A stretch of DNA of 64,000 nt, taken from an uncultured Ruminococcus sp. (GTDB taxonomy: Bacteria; Bacillota; Clostridia; Oscillospirales; Acutalibacteraceae). The stretch is taken from positions 39,813 to 103,812 of the forward strand of contig CACYTI010000005.1 of NCBI GenBank assembly GCA_902777275.1, read 5' to 3'. The notes beneath the pieces are model-generated. The model worked only from the letters and a program-made list of their open reading frames with translations, was not told the DNA's origin and searched no databases. The position numbers were made by a program, and so were the translations under genes. Of the stretch, positions 1-8,904 are shown in pieces; position 1 is the first letter of the stretch, and the number at the start of each line of letters is the position of its first letter.

Positions 1-828
1 TTCTGCGTAATGGGAGGCGGCAAGCGCATTGTAAAGCTCACCGAAAAGATTGTGCCCGTTATGGGTATTGCTTATGTGCTTATTTCTCTTATCATCGTGT
101 TCGCAAACGTCACCCGTATTCCCGACACCTTCGCCGTTATTTTCAGAGACGCGTTCGATTTCCGCTCCATATTCGGCGGCGTCGCGGGCTCCTGCATGGT
201 GCTCGGCATTAAGCGCGGTCTGTTCTCAAACGAGGCGGGCGTCGGCTCCGCACCAAACGCCTCGGCGTCGGCGGACGTTACACACCCCGTAAAGCAGGGT
301 CTTGTTCAGACTGTTTCGGTATATATCGACACAATGCTGCTCTGCACAGCCACAGCTCTTATGTGTCTTACCTCGGGCGTAACAGCAAGCAAAGACCTTG
401 AGGGAGCTCCTTATGTGCAAATGGCTGTTTCCACTGTTTTCGGAGATTTCGGACCGATATTCATCACAGTCGCGATGGTGCTTTTCGCGTTTACAACGCT
501 TATCGGAAATCTTTACTACGTTGACAACGCTCTTGCGTACCTCAACGGCAAAAAGCACCCCTCGCGCAAATTTATGATATTCTTTTATATAGCGTGCTTA
601 ATCGTCATCTTTGTAGGCGCTTTGGTAACAATAAAATTTGCTTGGATTATAGCTGACATTACAATGGCAGGAATGACACTTATAAATATCCCGTGCTGCG
701 CTATACTCTCGGGAATCGCCATAAAAGCGCTCAAGGATTTTGAGAGCCAGAAAAAGCGGAAGCTCAACCCCGTATTCAAGGCAAAAAGCATAGGTCTTGA
801 CGAAAACTCCCTAAGCTTCTGGAAATAG
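1..828 (+). CDS. Sodium:alanine (AGCS family) amino-acid symporter, C-terminal ~270 aa; the 5' end lies outside the window
   Basis: The frame is open to the window edge. It is a multi-pass hydrophobic protein with the AGCS-type motif GLFSNEAGVGSAPNA. Stop TAG is at 826-828. Confidence 0.85.
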   Translation, partial: FCVMGGGKRIVKLTEKIVPVMGIAYVLISLIIVFANVTRIPDTFAVIFRDAFDFRSIFGGVAGSCMVLGIKRGLFSNEAGVGSAPNASASADVTHPVKQGLVQTVSVYIDTMLLCTATALMCLTSGVTASKDLEGAPYVQMAVSTVFGDFGPIFITVAMVLFAFTTLIGNLYYVDNALAYLNGKKHPSRKFMIFFYIACLIVIFVGALVTIKFAWIIADITMAGMTLINIPCCAILSGIAIKALKDFESQKKRKLNPVFKAKSIGLDENSLSFWK

Positions 829-859
829 GTCGGCTGAGCCGACAATCAGTCCGCGCTCC
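828..859 (+). repeat. Gene-end module GGTCGGCTGAGCCGAC-AATCAGTCCGCGCTCC (part of the R7 terminator-cassette family)
   Basis: It starts on the last base of the symporter stop codon. The same module recurs at 40664-40699 and 40770-40820 (reverse) and partly at 44383-44402. It contains the hairpin GTCGGC-TGA-GCCGAC. Confidence 0.8.
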
Positions 860-924
860 CGGACGTTGGTTTTTTCAGAGGTTTTACGCCCGCGTTTAAA
901 CGCAGAGCGAAAGAAAACGTTTTT

Positions 925-948
925 GACAGGGGCAAGCCTTGTCCCTAA
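925..948 (-). repeat. REP-like singlet (reverse complement reads TTAGGG + 7-bp stem hairpin)
   Basis: The sequence is GACAGGGGCAAGCCTTGTCCCTAA. It resembles the left end of R1 copy 43840 (TTAGGGACAGCC..). Confidence 0.5.
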
Positions 949-989
949 GCGCAAAAGGTGAGATTGATAGTAAACATCACCTTGACATT

Positions 990-1080
990 GTAGGGACAGC
1001 CCTTGCGGCTGTCCTCGCCACCGACGTTTATTTCCCTACCGATTGTTGATAGGAAATTTAACGTTTGATTCAGCACCCAA
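990..1080 (-). repeat. R1 (REPIN-like) copy, reverse orientation, distal hairpin degenerate
   Basis: GTAGGGACAGCCCTTGCGGCTGTCC is followed by the conserved core ..CCGACGTTTATTT..CCGATTGTTGATAGGAAA..AACGTTTGATTCAGC. Confidence 0.8.
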
Positions 1081-1125
1081 GGATAACGGCATATTTTTAA
1101 ACGGAGAACAAGGCAGCCTCCATAT

Positions 1126-1192
1126 CCCACAGCATTATAAATCAGGAGCGGAGCGACAACCAAAATTATCAATTGTCCACTGTCAACTGTCC
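1126..1192 (+). repeat. R5 mosaic module (CCCACAGCATTATAAATCAGG ... CAATTGTCCACTGTCAACTGTCC)
   Basis: The same two sub-modules recur at 3924-3973 and, inverted, at 36738-36811. A shorter piece is at 45450-45462. Confidence 0.75.
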
Positions 1193-1196
1193 ATTA

Positions 1197-1251
1197 AAAA
1201 ATCCTTCCTTCAACACAACGCTTAAGCGCGGGAATTGAAGGAAGGATTTTT
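1197..1251. terminator. Bidirectional intrinsic terminator, R7 family (AAAAATCCTTCCTTCAA / TTGAAGGAAGGATTTTT)
   Basis: It has a 17-nt perfect stem, a 21-nt loop, an A-run before and a T-run after. It lies between a convergent gene pair. Confidence 0.7.
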
Positions 1252-1272
1252 ATTATGCTAAGAAGCGCGTCA

Positions 1273-2760
1273 TCAAGAGCGCGGTCTGAACAGTCTTTCG
1301 GTTTCGTACGCCGGCTCCATTGTAAGTCTTATGCCGAGATTTTTGAGGATCCTTGTGTCGGTTTCGGAGAGGATGACCGTTGCGTGGGCGTCGGTGTCCC
1401 TCAGCTTGGGAAGCTGATCCATAGCGCGCTTTGCGTCGGGATTCGTCACTGCGGACATAGCCAGCGCGATAAGTATCTCGTCGGTGTGAAGCCTCGGGTT
1501 AACCGAGCCGAAGCTGTCAACCTTCAGGCGCTGTATCGGCTCTATGACCGCAGCGTCAAGAATATTGACATCCTTTGAGATCTCCGCAAGATATTTAAGC
1601 GCGTTCAGCAGCATTGAGGCGCAGGCTCCGAACAAGCCCGAGGTCTTGCCCGTGATGATCGTTCCGTCTTCAAGCTCGATAGCCGCCGCGGGCGCGCCCG
1701 TTTCGGCAGCTCTCTTTAAAGCGGGAGCTATAACTCGGCGATCGGAGGTTTTTAATTTGTTCTGCTTCATAAGAAGCCTGATTTTATACGCCTCGTCGCG
1801 GGAGCCTATGCCCTTTGTGCGATTGCACATGGCGGCGTAATAGCGGCGGATTATCTCCTGATTGGCAGCGTCGCAAACCACATCGTCGTCGATAATGCAG
1901 TTGCCCGCCATATTTACTCCCATATCGGTCGGCGACTTGTAGGGCGATTCTCCCAAAATCTGCTCGAACATCGTGTTGAGAACCGGGAAAATCTCGATAT
2001 CGCGGTTGTAGTTCACGGTGGTTTCGCCGTATGCTTCAAGGTGGAACGGGTCGATCATATTCACGTCGTTGAGATCGGCTGTTGCAGCCTCGTACGCGAC
2101 GTTTACCGGGTGCTTGAGCGGCAGGTTCCAAATCGGGAAGGTCTCGAACTTGGCGTAGCCCGCTTTTACCCCGTGCTTGTTCTCGTGATAGAGCTGCGAC
2201 AGGCAGACCGCCATTTTGCCCGAGCCGGGACCCGGAGCCGTGATGACCACAAGGCGGCGCGTCGTTTCGACATAATCGTTTTTGCCGTAGCCGTTGTCGC
2301 TAACGATCAAATCGACGTCGGTTGGATAGTTGGGGATAGTATAGTGATGATAGACCCCGATGCCGTTTCCTTTGAGATGCTTTTCAAACTTGACGGCGGT
2401 GGGCTGATGCGCAAAGCGGGTGAGCACCACCGACCTGACGCACAAGCCGCGGCTGCGGAAAACGTCTATCAGGCGGAGCACGTCCAAATCATAGGTGATA
2501 CCCAAATCGCCGCGCACCTTGTTCTTTTCGATATCGTCGGCGTTTATAACAATTACGATCTCCGCCTCGTCCTTTAGCTGCATAAGCATTTGAAGCTTTG
2601 AGTCGGGCTTGAACCCGGGCAGAACGCGCGAGGCATGATAATCGTCGAACAGCTTTCCGCCGAATTCGAGATAGAGCTTATCGCCGAATTCCGCGATCCT
2701 GTCACGAATGTGCTGCGACTGGGTTTCCAGATATTTATCGTTGTCAAATCCTATTTTCAT
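1273..2760 (-). CDS. UPF0371/DUF1846 family protein
   Basis: The N-terminus MKIGFDNDKYLETQSQHIRDRI..LYLEFGGKLFDDYHASRVLPGF is typical of UPF0371. The start was moved to the ATG at 2760, which is preceded by AGGAGG. Confidence 0.8.
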   Translation of the reverse strand: MKIGFDNDKYLETQSQHIRDRIAEFGDKLYLEFGGKLFDDYHASRVLPGFKPDSKLQMLMQLKDEAEIVIVINADDIEKNKVRGDLGITYDLDVLRLIDVFRSRGLCVRSVVLTRFAHQPTAVKFEKHLKGNGIGVYHHYTIPNYPTDVDLIVSDNGYGKNDYVETTRRLVVITAPGPGSGKMAVCLSQLYHENKHGVKAGYAKFETFPIWNLPLKHPVNVAYEAATADLNDVNMIDPFHLEAYGETTVNYNRDIEIFPVLNTMFEQILGESPYKSPTDMGVNMAGNCIIDDDVVCDAANQEIIRRYYAAMCNRTKGIGSRDEAYKIRLLMKQNKLKTSDRRVIAPALKRAAETGAPAAAIELEDGTIITGKTSGLFGACASMLLNALKYLAEISKDVNILDAAVIEPIQRLKVDSFGSVNPRLHTDEILIALAMSAVTNPDAKRAMDQLPKLRDTDAHATVILSETDTRILKNLGIRLTMEPAYETERLFRPRS

Positions 2761-2792
2761 GGTATTCCTCCTGTTGCGCAAAACAAATCACC

Positions 2793-2852
2793 GGGAATCT
2801 CTGATAATTCAATTCCGTGCTTACGCGCGGTAGGGAATTGTTAGAGGTTCCC
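2793..2852 (+). repeat. R2 element, short (60-nt) form
   Basis: The sequence is GGGAATCTCTGATAATTC-AATT-CCGTGCTTACGCGCGG-TAGG-GAATTGTTAGAGGTTCCC. The terminal helix pairs at 18/18 positions with three G-T pairs. Confidence 0.9.
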
Positions 2853-3015
2853 ATTAATCAGTTATACCACAAACGGCGCTTATTTTATATAGAATAAAGA
2901 AAATTGGCAAAATTTTAACTATTTTAATGGACAACAAGCCTCATATTTGCTATCATAAGATAAAGGCAAATCAAATATCTTCCATTGATATCAAACTGAA
3001 AAAGGGTGAGATAAT

Positions 3016-3933
3016 ATGAAAAAAACAATAGTTTTGCTTGCGGCGGCAATGCTTTTAACGTCTGCGGCGTCGGGCTGTCGGCAAAGCGCGGAAAAAACCG
3101 ACAGCTCCTCCGCCGACCGAGCCTCCGCTGCGGTCATCGACAGCGATACGACATACGACTATGAGGTGCGCGAGATTTACTGCGATAACAACGGCAAAAA
3201 AATCTACGGCGAGGCGTACATTCCCAAAACCGGCAGCAAGCTTGCCACCGTAATCACCTCGCACGGGCTGGGCTCGAATCACGAATCGGGCGCGTCATAC
3301 GCGAAAAAATACGCGCCGAAGGGATATGCCGTGTACACCTTTGATTTCTGCGGCGGCAGCAACTCAAACAATCCGAACAAGAGCGACGGCTCACCTCTTG
3401 AAATGTCGGTGATGACCGAGGTAAGCGACCTTGAGGCGGTGCTTTCAGCCGCGAAAGGCTGGGATTTTGTCGATTCCGACAGGATTTACTTACAGGGCGG
3501 AAGTCAGGGCGGACTGGTTTCGGCCATAACGGGAATTAAACACCAAGACGAAATCGCGGGAATGATCCTGCTCTATCCCGCTTTCGGAATGTACGACCTT
3601 GTATGCAGCTTCGAGGATGAAACGCTTGACGACGAGCTTCGCGTCGGCTCGATGACAGTAGGGAAAAACTTTGTCACGGACTTGCGCGAATACGACGTCC
3701 GCGAGGATCTGTACAAATTCACAAAGCCGGTAATTGTTATTCAGGGCAGCGAGGACGAAACGGTTCTCCCAGAGAACACCGAGGAAGCGGCAAAGCTTTT
3801 CCCCGACGCGGATTATTATGTGATCGAAGGCGCGGGACACGGCTTCTCGGGAAAACACCACGACGAAGCGTCAAAGCTTGCACTGGAATTTCTCGATAAC
3901 AGAAGTGAGAAAAGGAGTAAAACGGACAGTTGA
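3016..3933 (+). CDS. Secreted lipoprotein, alpha/beta-hydrolase (esterase-like)
   Basis: It has a signal peptide with a lipobox (..TSAASGC), a nucleophile elbow GGSQGG and a C-terminal GAGHGF motif. An SD AAGGGTGAG lies upstream. Confidence 0.75.
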   Translation: MKKTIVLLAAAMLLTSAASGCRQSAEKTDSSSADRASAAVIDSDTTYDYEVREIYCDNNGKKIYGEAYIPKTGSKLATVITSHGLGSNHESGASYAKKYAPKGYAVYTFDFCGGSNSNNPNKSDGSPLEMSVMTEVSDLEAVLSAAKGWDFVDSDRIYLQGGSQGGLVSAITGIKHQDEIAGMILLYPAFGMYDLVCSFEDETLDDELRVGSMTVGKNFVTDLREYDVREDLYKFTKPVIVIQGSEDETVLPENTEEAAKLFPDADYYVIEGAGHGFSGKHHDEASKLALEFLDNRSEKRSKTDS

Positions 3934-4006
3934 CAATTGACAAGCTATATAGCCCACAGCATCACAAATCCGGCTCGAAGCGCCCCTAACTCCACTCTCC
4001 AAACTC
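3924..4006. repeat. Mosaic repeat modules R5 + R4 (GGACAGTTGACAATTGACAAG; CCCACAGCATCACAAATCCGG; CCCCTAACTCCACTCTCCAAACTC)
   Basis: The first module overlaps the hydrolase stop codon (3931-3933). The modules recur at 1126-1192, 36738-36811, 45641-45674 and 61512-61545. Confidence 0.75.
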
Positions 4007-4019
4007 TGCGCTAAAACAA

Positions 4020-4066
4020 AAACGCTTTCCTTCAAAAGCATAAATGAAGGAAAGCGTTTATTTATT
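4020..4066. terminator. Bidirectional intrinsic terminator (AAACGCTTTCCTTCA / TGAAGGAAAGCGTTT)
   Basis: It has a 15-bp perfect stem, a 10-nt loop and flanking A/T runs. The stem core CTTTCCTTCA is related to the R7 family. Confidence 0.75.
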
Positions 4067-4085
4067 ATATCACTTATTTAAGATA

Positions 4086-5276
4086 TCACTTATTTATAAG
4101 GAAACGCTGCAGGCTGGTAACATCGTCGATCGTAACTCTGCCGTCCTGATTGAAGTCACAAAGCTTTATGTCGTCACCTGAAAGGTCCGCGATACCGGCA
4201 AGGTATTTCTGAATGATAGTCGCGTCCAGAATCGAGATCTTACCGTCGTGGTTAACGTCGCCGATAAGCGGTTTTTTATCGTCATCCTTATCTTTCTTAT
4301 CTTTCTGATCTTTATCGGGAGTGACGTCTCCTGTGGGAATATAAACCGTGGCGCGCTGAGTGGGATTCTCGTCCTCAACGGGATCTGTAGCTAAAGTTAC
4401 TTCGGGAAGCGTTGTCTCGGGAACTGTCGTTTCGGGAACCGTTGTTTCGGGAGCCGCTGTTGTTTCCTGTACGGGAGCGACGAAATCACAGAATGCAAGT
4501 GAAACCCAACCTGTTTTTCCGTTGTAAGTGGTTTTTCCCCATGTCATGCCGTCTGCGTAATATGTATCGGTAACGGTAATTGTCGCTCTGTCGGGAACAG
4601 TGCCCACTACGCCGTAGCCCATTCCGGATCCGGATCTCATATTCAGATAGGGGCTCGCGTCAACCTTGTAGGTGCCGGGCTGATAATCTGTAGGCGTTAC
4701 ATCCTCGGTGGTTTCGGGAGGATCGTAGGAAGGCTCGGCAGAATCTATGATGTAGATATATCCCTGGAATGTCCACCAACTGTTGCCGCCGGGGTTGGAA
4801 TCGCTCGCGTTAGCGTAGGTGAGGTAGAATGTGCGTCCGCCCCACTCTGAGTTGGAGAGGGTCATGCTGCCGTCGCTGTCGATCTTCTCAACGACCGCAA
4901 CGTGTCCGCCCGAACCGTAGTTCCAGCAGGCGATAGCGCCGACCTTGGGGGTTCTGCCATAGGGGTAGTAACCGTTTGAACGGTTGTAATCATACCACAG
5001 ACCTGCGCCGTTCCATGAGAGGTTCGGCTCGGTGCCTAAAATTTCATAAGCTCTTCCATATGCGTAAGCAGTACAGTTGGGAAGTCCGTAGCCGTATTGC
5101 TGGAATACATTGTAGTTGCCGTCGTAATAATACCTATTGCTCCAATCGGGAGCGCTGAGCCTCGGTGTGAACGGGGTCGCTGCATGAGCAAAAATAGAGA
5201 CGGAGAACACGGTAGTAAATAACACCGCGGTGGTAACGAATACAGCTGAAAGCTTTTTAATCAGGTTGCGTTTCAA
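4086..5276 (-). CDS. Secreted CHAP-domain peptidoglycan hydrolase with SH3b-like domain, Thr/Pro/Glu linker and C-terminal type-I dockerin
   Basis: CHAP motifs are present (NCTAYAYGRAYE ... GHVAVVEKIDSDG). The linker is TTVPETTVPETTLPEV. The dockerin has Ca-binding loops DVNHDGKISILD and DFNQDGRVTIDD. The start was set to TTG 5276 (AAGGA SD, immediately before the signal peptide). The ORF-track start at 5369 is unlikely. Confidence 0.8.
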   Translation of the reverse strand: MKRNLIKKLSAVFVTTAVLFTTVFSVSIFAHAATPFTPRLSAPDWSNRYYYDGNYNVFQQYGYGLPNCTAYAYGRAYEILGTEPNLSWNGAGLWYDYNRSNGYYPYGRTPKVGAIACWNYGSGGHVAVVEKIDSDGSMTLSNSEWGGRTFYLTYANASDSNPGGNSWWTFQGYIYIIDSAEPSYDPPETTEDVTPTDYQPGTYKVDASPYLNMRSGSGMGYGVVGTVPDRATITVTDTYYADGMTWGKTTYNGKTGWVSLAFCDFVAPVQETTAAPETTVPETTVPETTLPEVTLATDPVEDENPTQRATVYIPTGDVTPDKDQKDKKDKDDDKKPLIGDVNHDGKISILDATIIQKYLAGIADLSGDDIKLCDFNQDGRVTIDDVTSLQRFLINK

Positions 5277-5644
5277 ATAATCATCCTTTCCGAAGATTGG
5301 TGTCGATTGCTTAAACCGTCTTAGACAAATAAAGAGGTTACATTCGGTTACACTCATGTAACCGTACATATTGTAACACTTTTGTAAAAAAAAATCAAAT
5401 ATTTTTTTTGACGATTATTCCTAAACTATGGCGACAGTTTTACTGCACAATTCACAACATCACGTAAAATCGGGGTTTTTTCAGGGGGTAAGAGCAAAAA
5501 TCACAGCTTTTGAATGCCCGGAATACGCCCCGATTTCGATTATAACACATAAAACCCGAAAAATAAAGTCTTTTTTTCATTTTTAGAAGATTATTTTTTT
5601 TAAAAATGCTATAATCATCATAAAGGAACCAAGGAGGATTAAAC

Positions 5645-6148
5645 ATGAAAAGGATAATTGCGGGTCTTGCCGCCGCTTCCGTCGCCCTTTCATTCGCCGC
5701 TGTTTTGGGCGGATGTACCGAAAATGTTCAGGAAACAGGTAACAAAATTGTAAGCGGCGCAAAAGATTATTTACAAAGCGAAGCAGGAATTAACGGAGAT
5801 GTAAACAGTTTAAAGGACAACGCCGTAAGCTATCTCAACGAGGAGCTCGGGCTGAACAACAGCGCAAACAAGGTCATCGAGGGAATCTGGACGCAGAAGG
5901 ATGAAACAAACGGCGACTGGGAATGGACCTTTGACGGTACAAACAAATGCGTGTTAAAGGGGCTTACCACGGGCTTTGAGGGCAACGGCACCTACTCGGT
6001 CAACGAAGACGAGCGCACCGTAACGGTATGCATGAACGAATGGGACAAGGAAAAAGTGTATACATACAAGCTCACTCAAACACTTTCCGACACCATGCTT
6101 GAGCTTACCGAAGGCTATTCAAGCTATAATTTGGTAAAGAACAAATAA
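5645..6148 (+). CDS. Small lipoprotein of unknown function
   Basis: An AGGAGG SD precedes it. It has a signal peptide with lipobox VLGGC. No recognisable domain was found. Confidence 0.6.
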   Translation: MKRIIAGLAAASVALSFAAVLGGCTENVQETGNKIVSGAKDYLQSEAGINGDVNSLKDNAVSYLNEELGLNNSANKVIEGIWTQKDETNGDWEWTFDGTNKCVLKGLTTGFEGNGTYSVNEDERTVTVCMNEWDKEKVYTYKLTQTLSDTMLELTEGYSSYNLVKNK

Positions 6149-6180
6149 CCGGCAAATTCGGAAGCTTATAATAAAATGTA

Positions 6181-6236
6181 ACAGGCGCATAACCGTCATC
6201 TCCTTCGGTTATGCGCCTGTACACTTTTTATTTTTT
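6181..6236. terminator. Bidirectional terminator, R6 hairpin (ACAGGCGCATAACCG / CGGTTATGCGCCTGT)
   Basis: It has a 15-bp perfect stem followed by a T-run. The stem core GGCGCATAACC..GGTTATGCGCC is shared with the hairpin at 19461-19498. Confidence 0.75.
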
Positions 6237-7875
6237 ACAGCGCCTCTATCGCCGAAACAACCGGCGCTATTATTTGCTTTTTGCGGCTTACCACGCCGTT
6301 AAGAACAACGCTTGAATCTCCGCACTCCGCCGCGAAAGCGTTTGACACAATTTCCTTAGCGCTCTTTCCCACAAAGAGCAGCTCGGTTGACTCGTCGATG
6401 ATATTCGTCAGCATCATCAGGAGCATATCCGAGGTTGAATGATTTATGTAGTCCCGCATAAACGGCAGCATTCTTTCGCTGACCCGCGCAAGCTCCTCGC
6501 CGCTGACGGAAGTGACCTGCGACACCGTGAAGGTGTATTTCTCCGCCTTGAACGACTTGCAGTCGATGTGGAAGATCTCCTCGGGCGTTTTCTGCGCAAG
6601 GCAAGAACCCGCGTTGAACATTTCCGTCGCGTGCTCCTCCACGTCTATGCCCGCGATTTTTGCAAGCTCGCGCGCCGTGCGCTCGTCAAGCGGCGTGCAG
6701 GTGGGAGAGCGGAACATCAGGGTGTCCGAGAGGATAGCCGAGCAGAGCAGCCCCGCGATTTGCGGCGTTATCTCAATGTCCTCCTCGCGGTACATCTGCG
6801 CGATGATGGTAGCGGTGCAGCCGAGCGGCTGGTTGCGGAAGTATATCGGGTTCATCGTTTCAACCGAATCTATGCGGTGATGGTCGATGATCTCGGTGAC
6901 GTCAGCCGAGCGTATGCCGTCCGCCGCCTGTCCCTTTTCGTTGTGGTCTACAAGGATTACCTTTTGCCGTCCGACGGAAAGCAGGTTGCGCTGGGACACC
7001 ATGCCCAAATAGCTTCCCTCTCTGTCCACAACGGGAAAATAACGGATCTTGACCTTTGCAACAGCCTCTTTTACGTCGGTGACAAGGTCGTCGTCCGAAA
7101 ATGATATTATCCCCTCTGTTTTCATAACGTGGCGCACCGGCACAGCCTGATTAATGAGTTTTGCAATGCTGTATGAATCGAGCGGAGAGATTATCACGGT
7201 GCAGCCCGCTTCCTCTGCGCGGTCGATCACATTCTGTGAGACCCTTGCGCCGAGGCTCACAACGATGCAGCTCACCTTCAAATCAATGGCGCAGAGCTGG
7301 GCTTCCTCGCGGTTACCCAAAATAACAAGGTCATTTTCTTTGATGTGAGAGCCCATCAAGTCGGGATTTGCCGAGGCTACGCTGACCTTGCCTTCCGAGA
7401 AGTGTCCGTTTTCGTCGCCGACAACAACCTCTCCGTGGAGTGTTTCGGCGATATTTTTGTAGGTCGCGGCGGATTTTGAAAGTGCGCGGGCGTCCAGGTC
7501 CTCCATGTAGAACCGCGCCTCGTCGCCCGTGGTTATAATTCCCTCGACCTTGTTGTTCGGAGTGAGCACGGGGACCGAGCGTATGCTTTGGTTTTTCATA
7601 TGCTCCCACGCCTGTTTTAGCGAAAAGTCGCCGTCTATCCCCTTTATTCTGCGGAAATAAACATGGCGGAGCTTAGGCTCAAGAGAGGTGATGAGCTTGG
7701 GCGGATGAACCGAAAAACGATCAAGGACAAACTGCGTTTCGCCGTTGATCTCTCCCGCACGGCAGGCAAGGAAGCTCTCCCCCGTTACGCGGCGCTTTAA
7801 TTCGGCATAGCAAATGGCTGAGCAGATAGAGTCTGTGTCGGGATTTTTGTGCCCGATAACCAAGGTAGTTTGCAT
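6235..7875 (-). CDS. ppaC: CBS-domain family II (DHH/DHHA2) manganese-dependent inorganic pyrophosphatase
   Basis: It carries HKNPDTDSICSAI, a CBS pair inserted in the DHH domain, VDHNE and a DHHA2 C-terminus. The start was moved to ATG 7875, after AGGAGGA. Confidence 0.85.
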   Translation of the reverse strand: MQTTLVIGHKNPDTDSICSAICYAELKRRVTGESFLACRAGEINGETQFVLDRFSVHPPKLITSLEPKLRHVYFRRIKGIDGDFSLKQAWEHMKNQSIRSVPVLTPNNKVEGIITTGDEARFYMEDLDARALSKSAATYKNIAETLHGEVVVGDENGHFSEGKVSVASANPDLMGSHIKENDLVILGNREEAQLCAIDLKVSCIVVSLGARVSQNVIDRAEEAGCTVIISPLDSYSIAKLINQAVPVRHVMKTEGIISFSDDDLVTDVKEAVAKVKIRYFPVVDREGSYLGMVSQRNLLSVGRQKVILVDHNEKGQAADGIRSADVTEIIDHHRIDSVETMNPIYFRNQPLGCTATIIAQMYREEDIEITPQIAGLLCSAILSDTLMFRSPTCTPLDERTARELAKIAGIDVEEHATEMFNAGSCLAQKTPEEIFHIDCKSFKAEKYTFTVSQVTSVSGEELARVSERMLPFMRDYINHSTSDMLLMMLTNIIDESTELLFVGKSAKEIVSNAFAAECGDSSVVLNGVVSRKKQIIAPVVSAIEAL

Positions 7876-7975
7876 AAATATCCTCCTGACGTCACACGGA
7901 ATCAAGGCAATAGCGCATAATTACGCGTGCAGTGTTGCTTTCTTGTTTATCATTTCAATCATACCATAAAAATCC

Positions 7976-8010
7976 AAAAACCGCAAACCAAAAAAAGGCT
8001 TGCGGTTTTA
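7976..8010 (-). terminator. Intrinsic terminator downstream of the PPTase gene
   Basis: The stem AAACCGCAA/TTGCGGTTT is followed on the minus strand by TTTTGGATTTTT. Confidence 0.6.
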
Positions 8011-8032
8011 GCGATTTTGCACATATAAAGTT

Positions 8033-8626
8033 TTAATCGAACGACACGACCTCGGTTTCAAATTCGGCTTTGGCGTTTTTTGTACAGACCGAGATCGCGT
8101 AATCGGCGAAGAGCTGAGTTGATAAATTATAAACAGAGCCGTCCTCGGAAAAGCTTCTGCCCGACACATCGACAGTCTTCGCGGAGCGATGAAAGCCCTT
8201 GCCCATGCATTTCAGCAGGGCTTCTTTTTTTGTCCACAGGGTGTAAAACACGCCCAAGCGGTCGGGGCTGTCCGATATCCGACGCAGCTCATTTTCGGTG
8301 AATACTATCTTCCCGAGCCGCAGCGCGTCAGCCTGTTTTATCCGTTCTATGTCGCAACCGACCTCGTCCTCTCCCAAAACAAGAGCGACCCAGTCGCCGC
8401 TGTGCGAAAGATTGAAGCAAACACCGCTGCCGGCGCGCGGTTTGCCGAATTCATCGGTATAGATCCGCGTGTCGCCCAAATATTTTTTCAGGAGCAGACC
8501 GCCCGCTATGCAGCGTTTTCTGTCCGCCTCAAACCTGTACCGGCGCGCTTTTTCGGCACGCTCCGGTGAAATCATCAGGTAGTGCCGCCCGGTTATGCCG
8601 CCGATATTTGCAAGATAAAGCTTCAT
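8033..8626 (-). CDS. 4'-phosphopantetheinyl transferase (Sfp type)
   Basis: It carries the motifs GKPR..FNLSHSGDWVALV..VGCDIE and WTKKEALLK. Confidence 0.8.
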   Translation of the reverse strand: MKLYLANIGGITGRHYLMISPERAEKARRYRFEADRKRCIAGGLLLKKYLGDTRIYTDEFGKPRAGSGVCFNLSHSGDWVALVLGEDEVGCDIERIKQADALRLGKIVFTENELRRISDSPDRLGVFYTLWTKKEALLKCMGKGFHRSAKTVDVSGRSFSEDGSVYNLSTQLFADYAISVCTKNAKAEFETEVVSFD

Positions 8627-8664
8627 AAAATCCTTTGACTTTAAATATAATGTGACAGAGCGCG

Positions 8665-8904
8665 TCAGATGTCCTTCAGCTTTTCAAGGCAGTCGGCACA
8701 AATGTGCTTGTGTTCAAAATCCACCAGCCTGTCGAGCGAGTTGCAGAACACGCACTTCGACTCTGCCTTGCGGATGGTTATACATTCGTCGTCGGCGTTG
8801 ATTTGCAGCACGTCGCCCGCTTGAATGTTGAAATGGCGGCGGATATCCTTTGAGATCACAATTCTGCCCGCCTTGTCAATTTCACGGAAATTTGTATAAA
8901 TCAT
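8665..8904 (-). CDS. AbrB/SpoVT-type DNA-binding domain protein with C-terminal CxxC..CxxC zinc ribbon
   Basis: The N-terminal GRIVISKDIRRHFNIQAGDVLQI is a swapped-hairpin motif. The C-terminus is CVFC..CADC. Confidence 0.7.
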   Translation of the reverse strand: MIYTNFREIDKAGRIVISKDIRRHFNIQAGDVLQINADDECITIRKAESKCVFCNSLDRLVDFEHKHICADCLEKLKDI

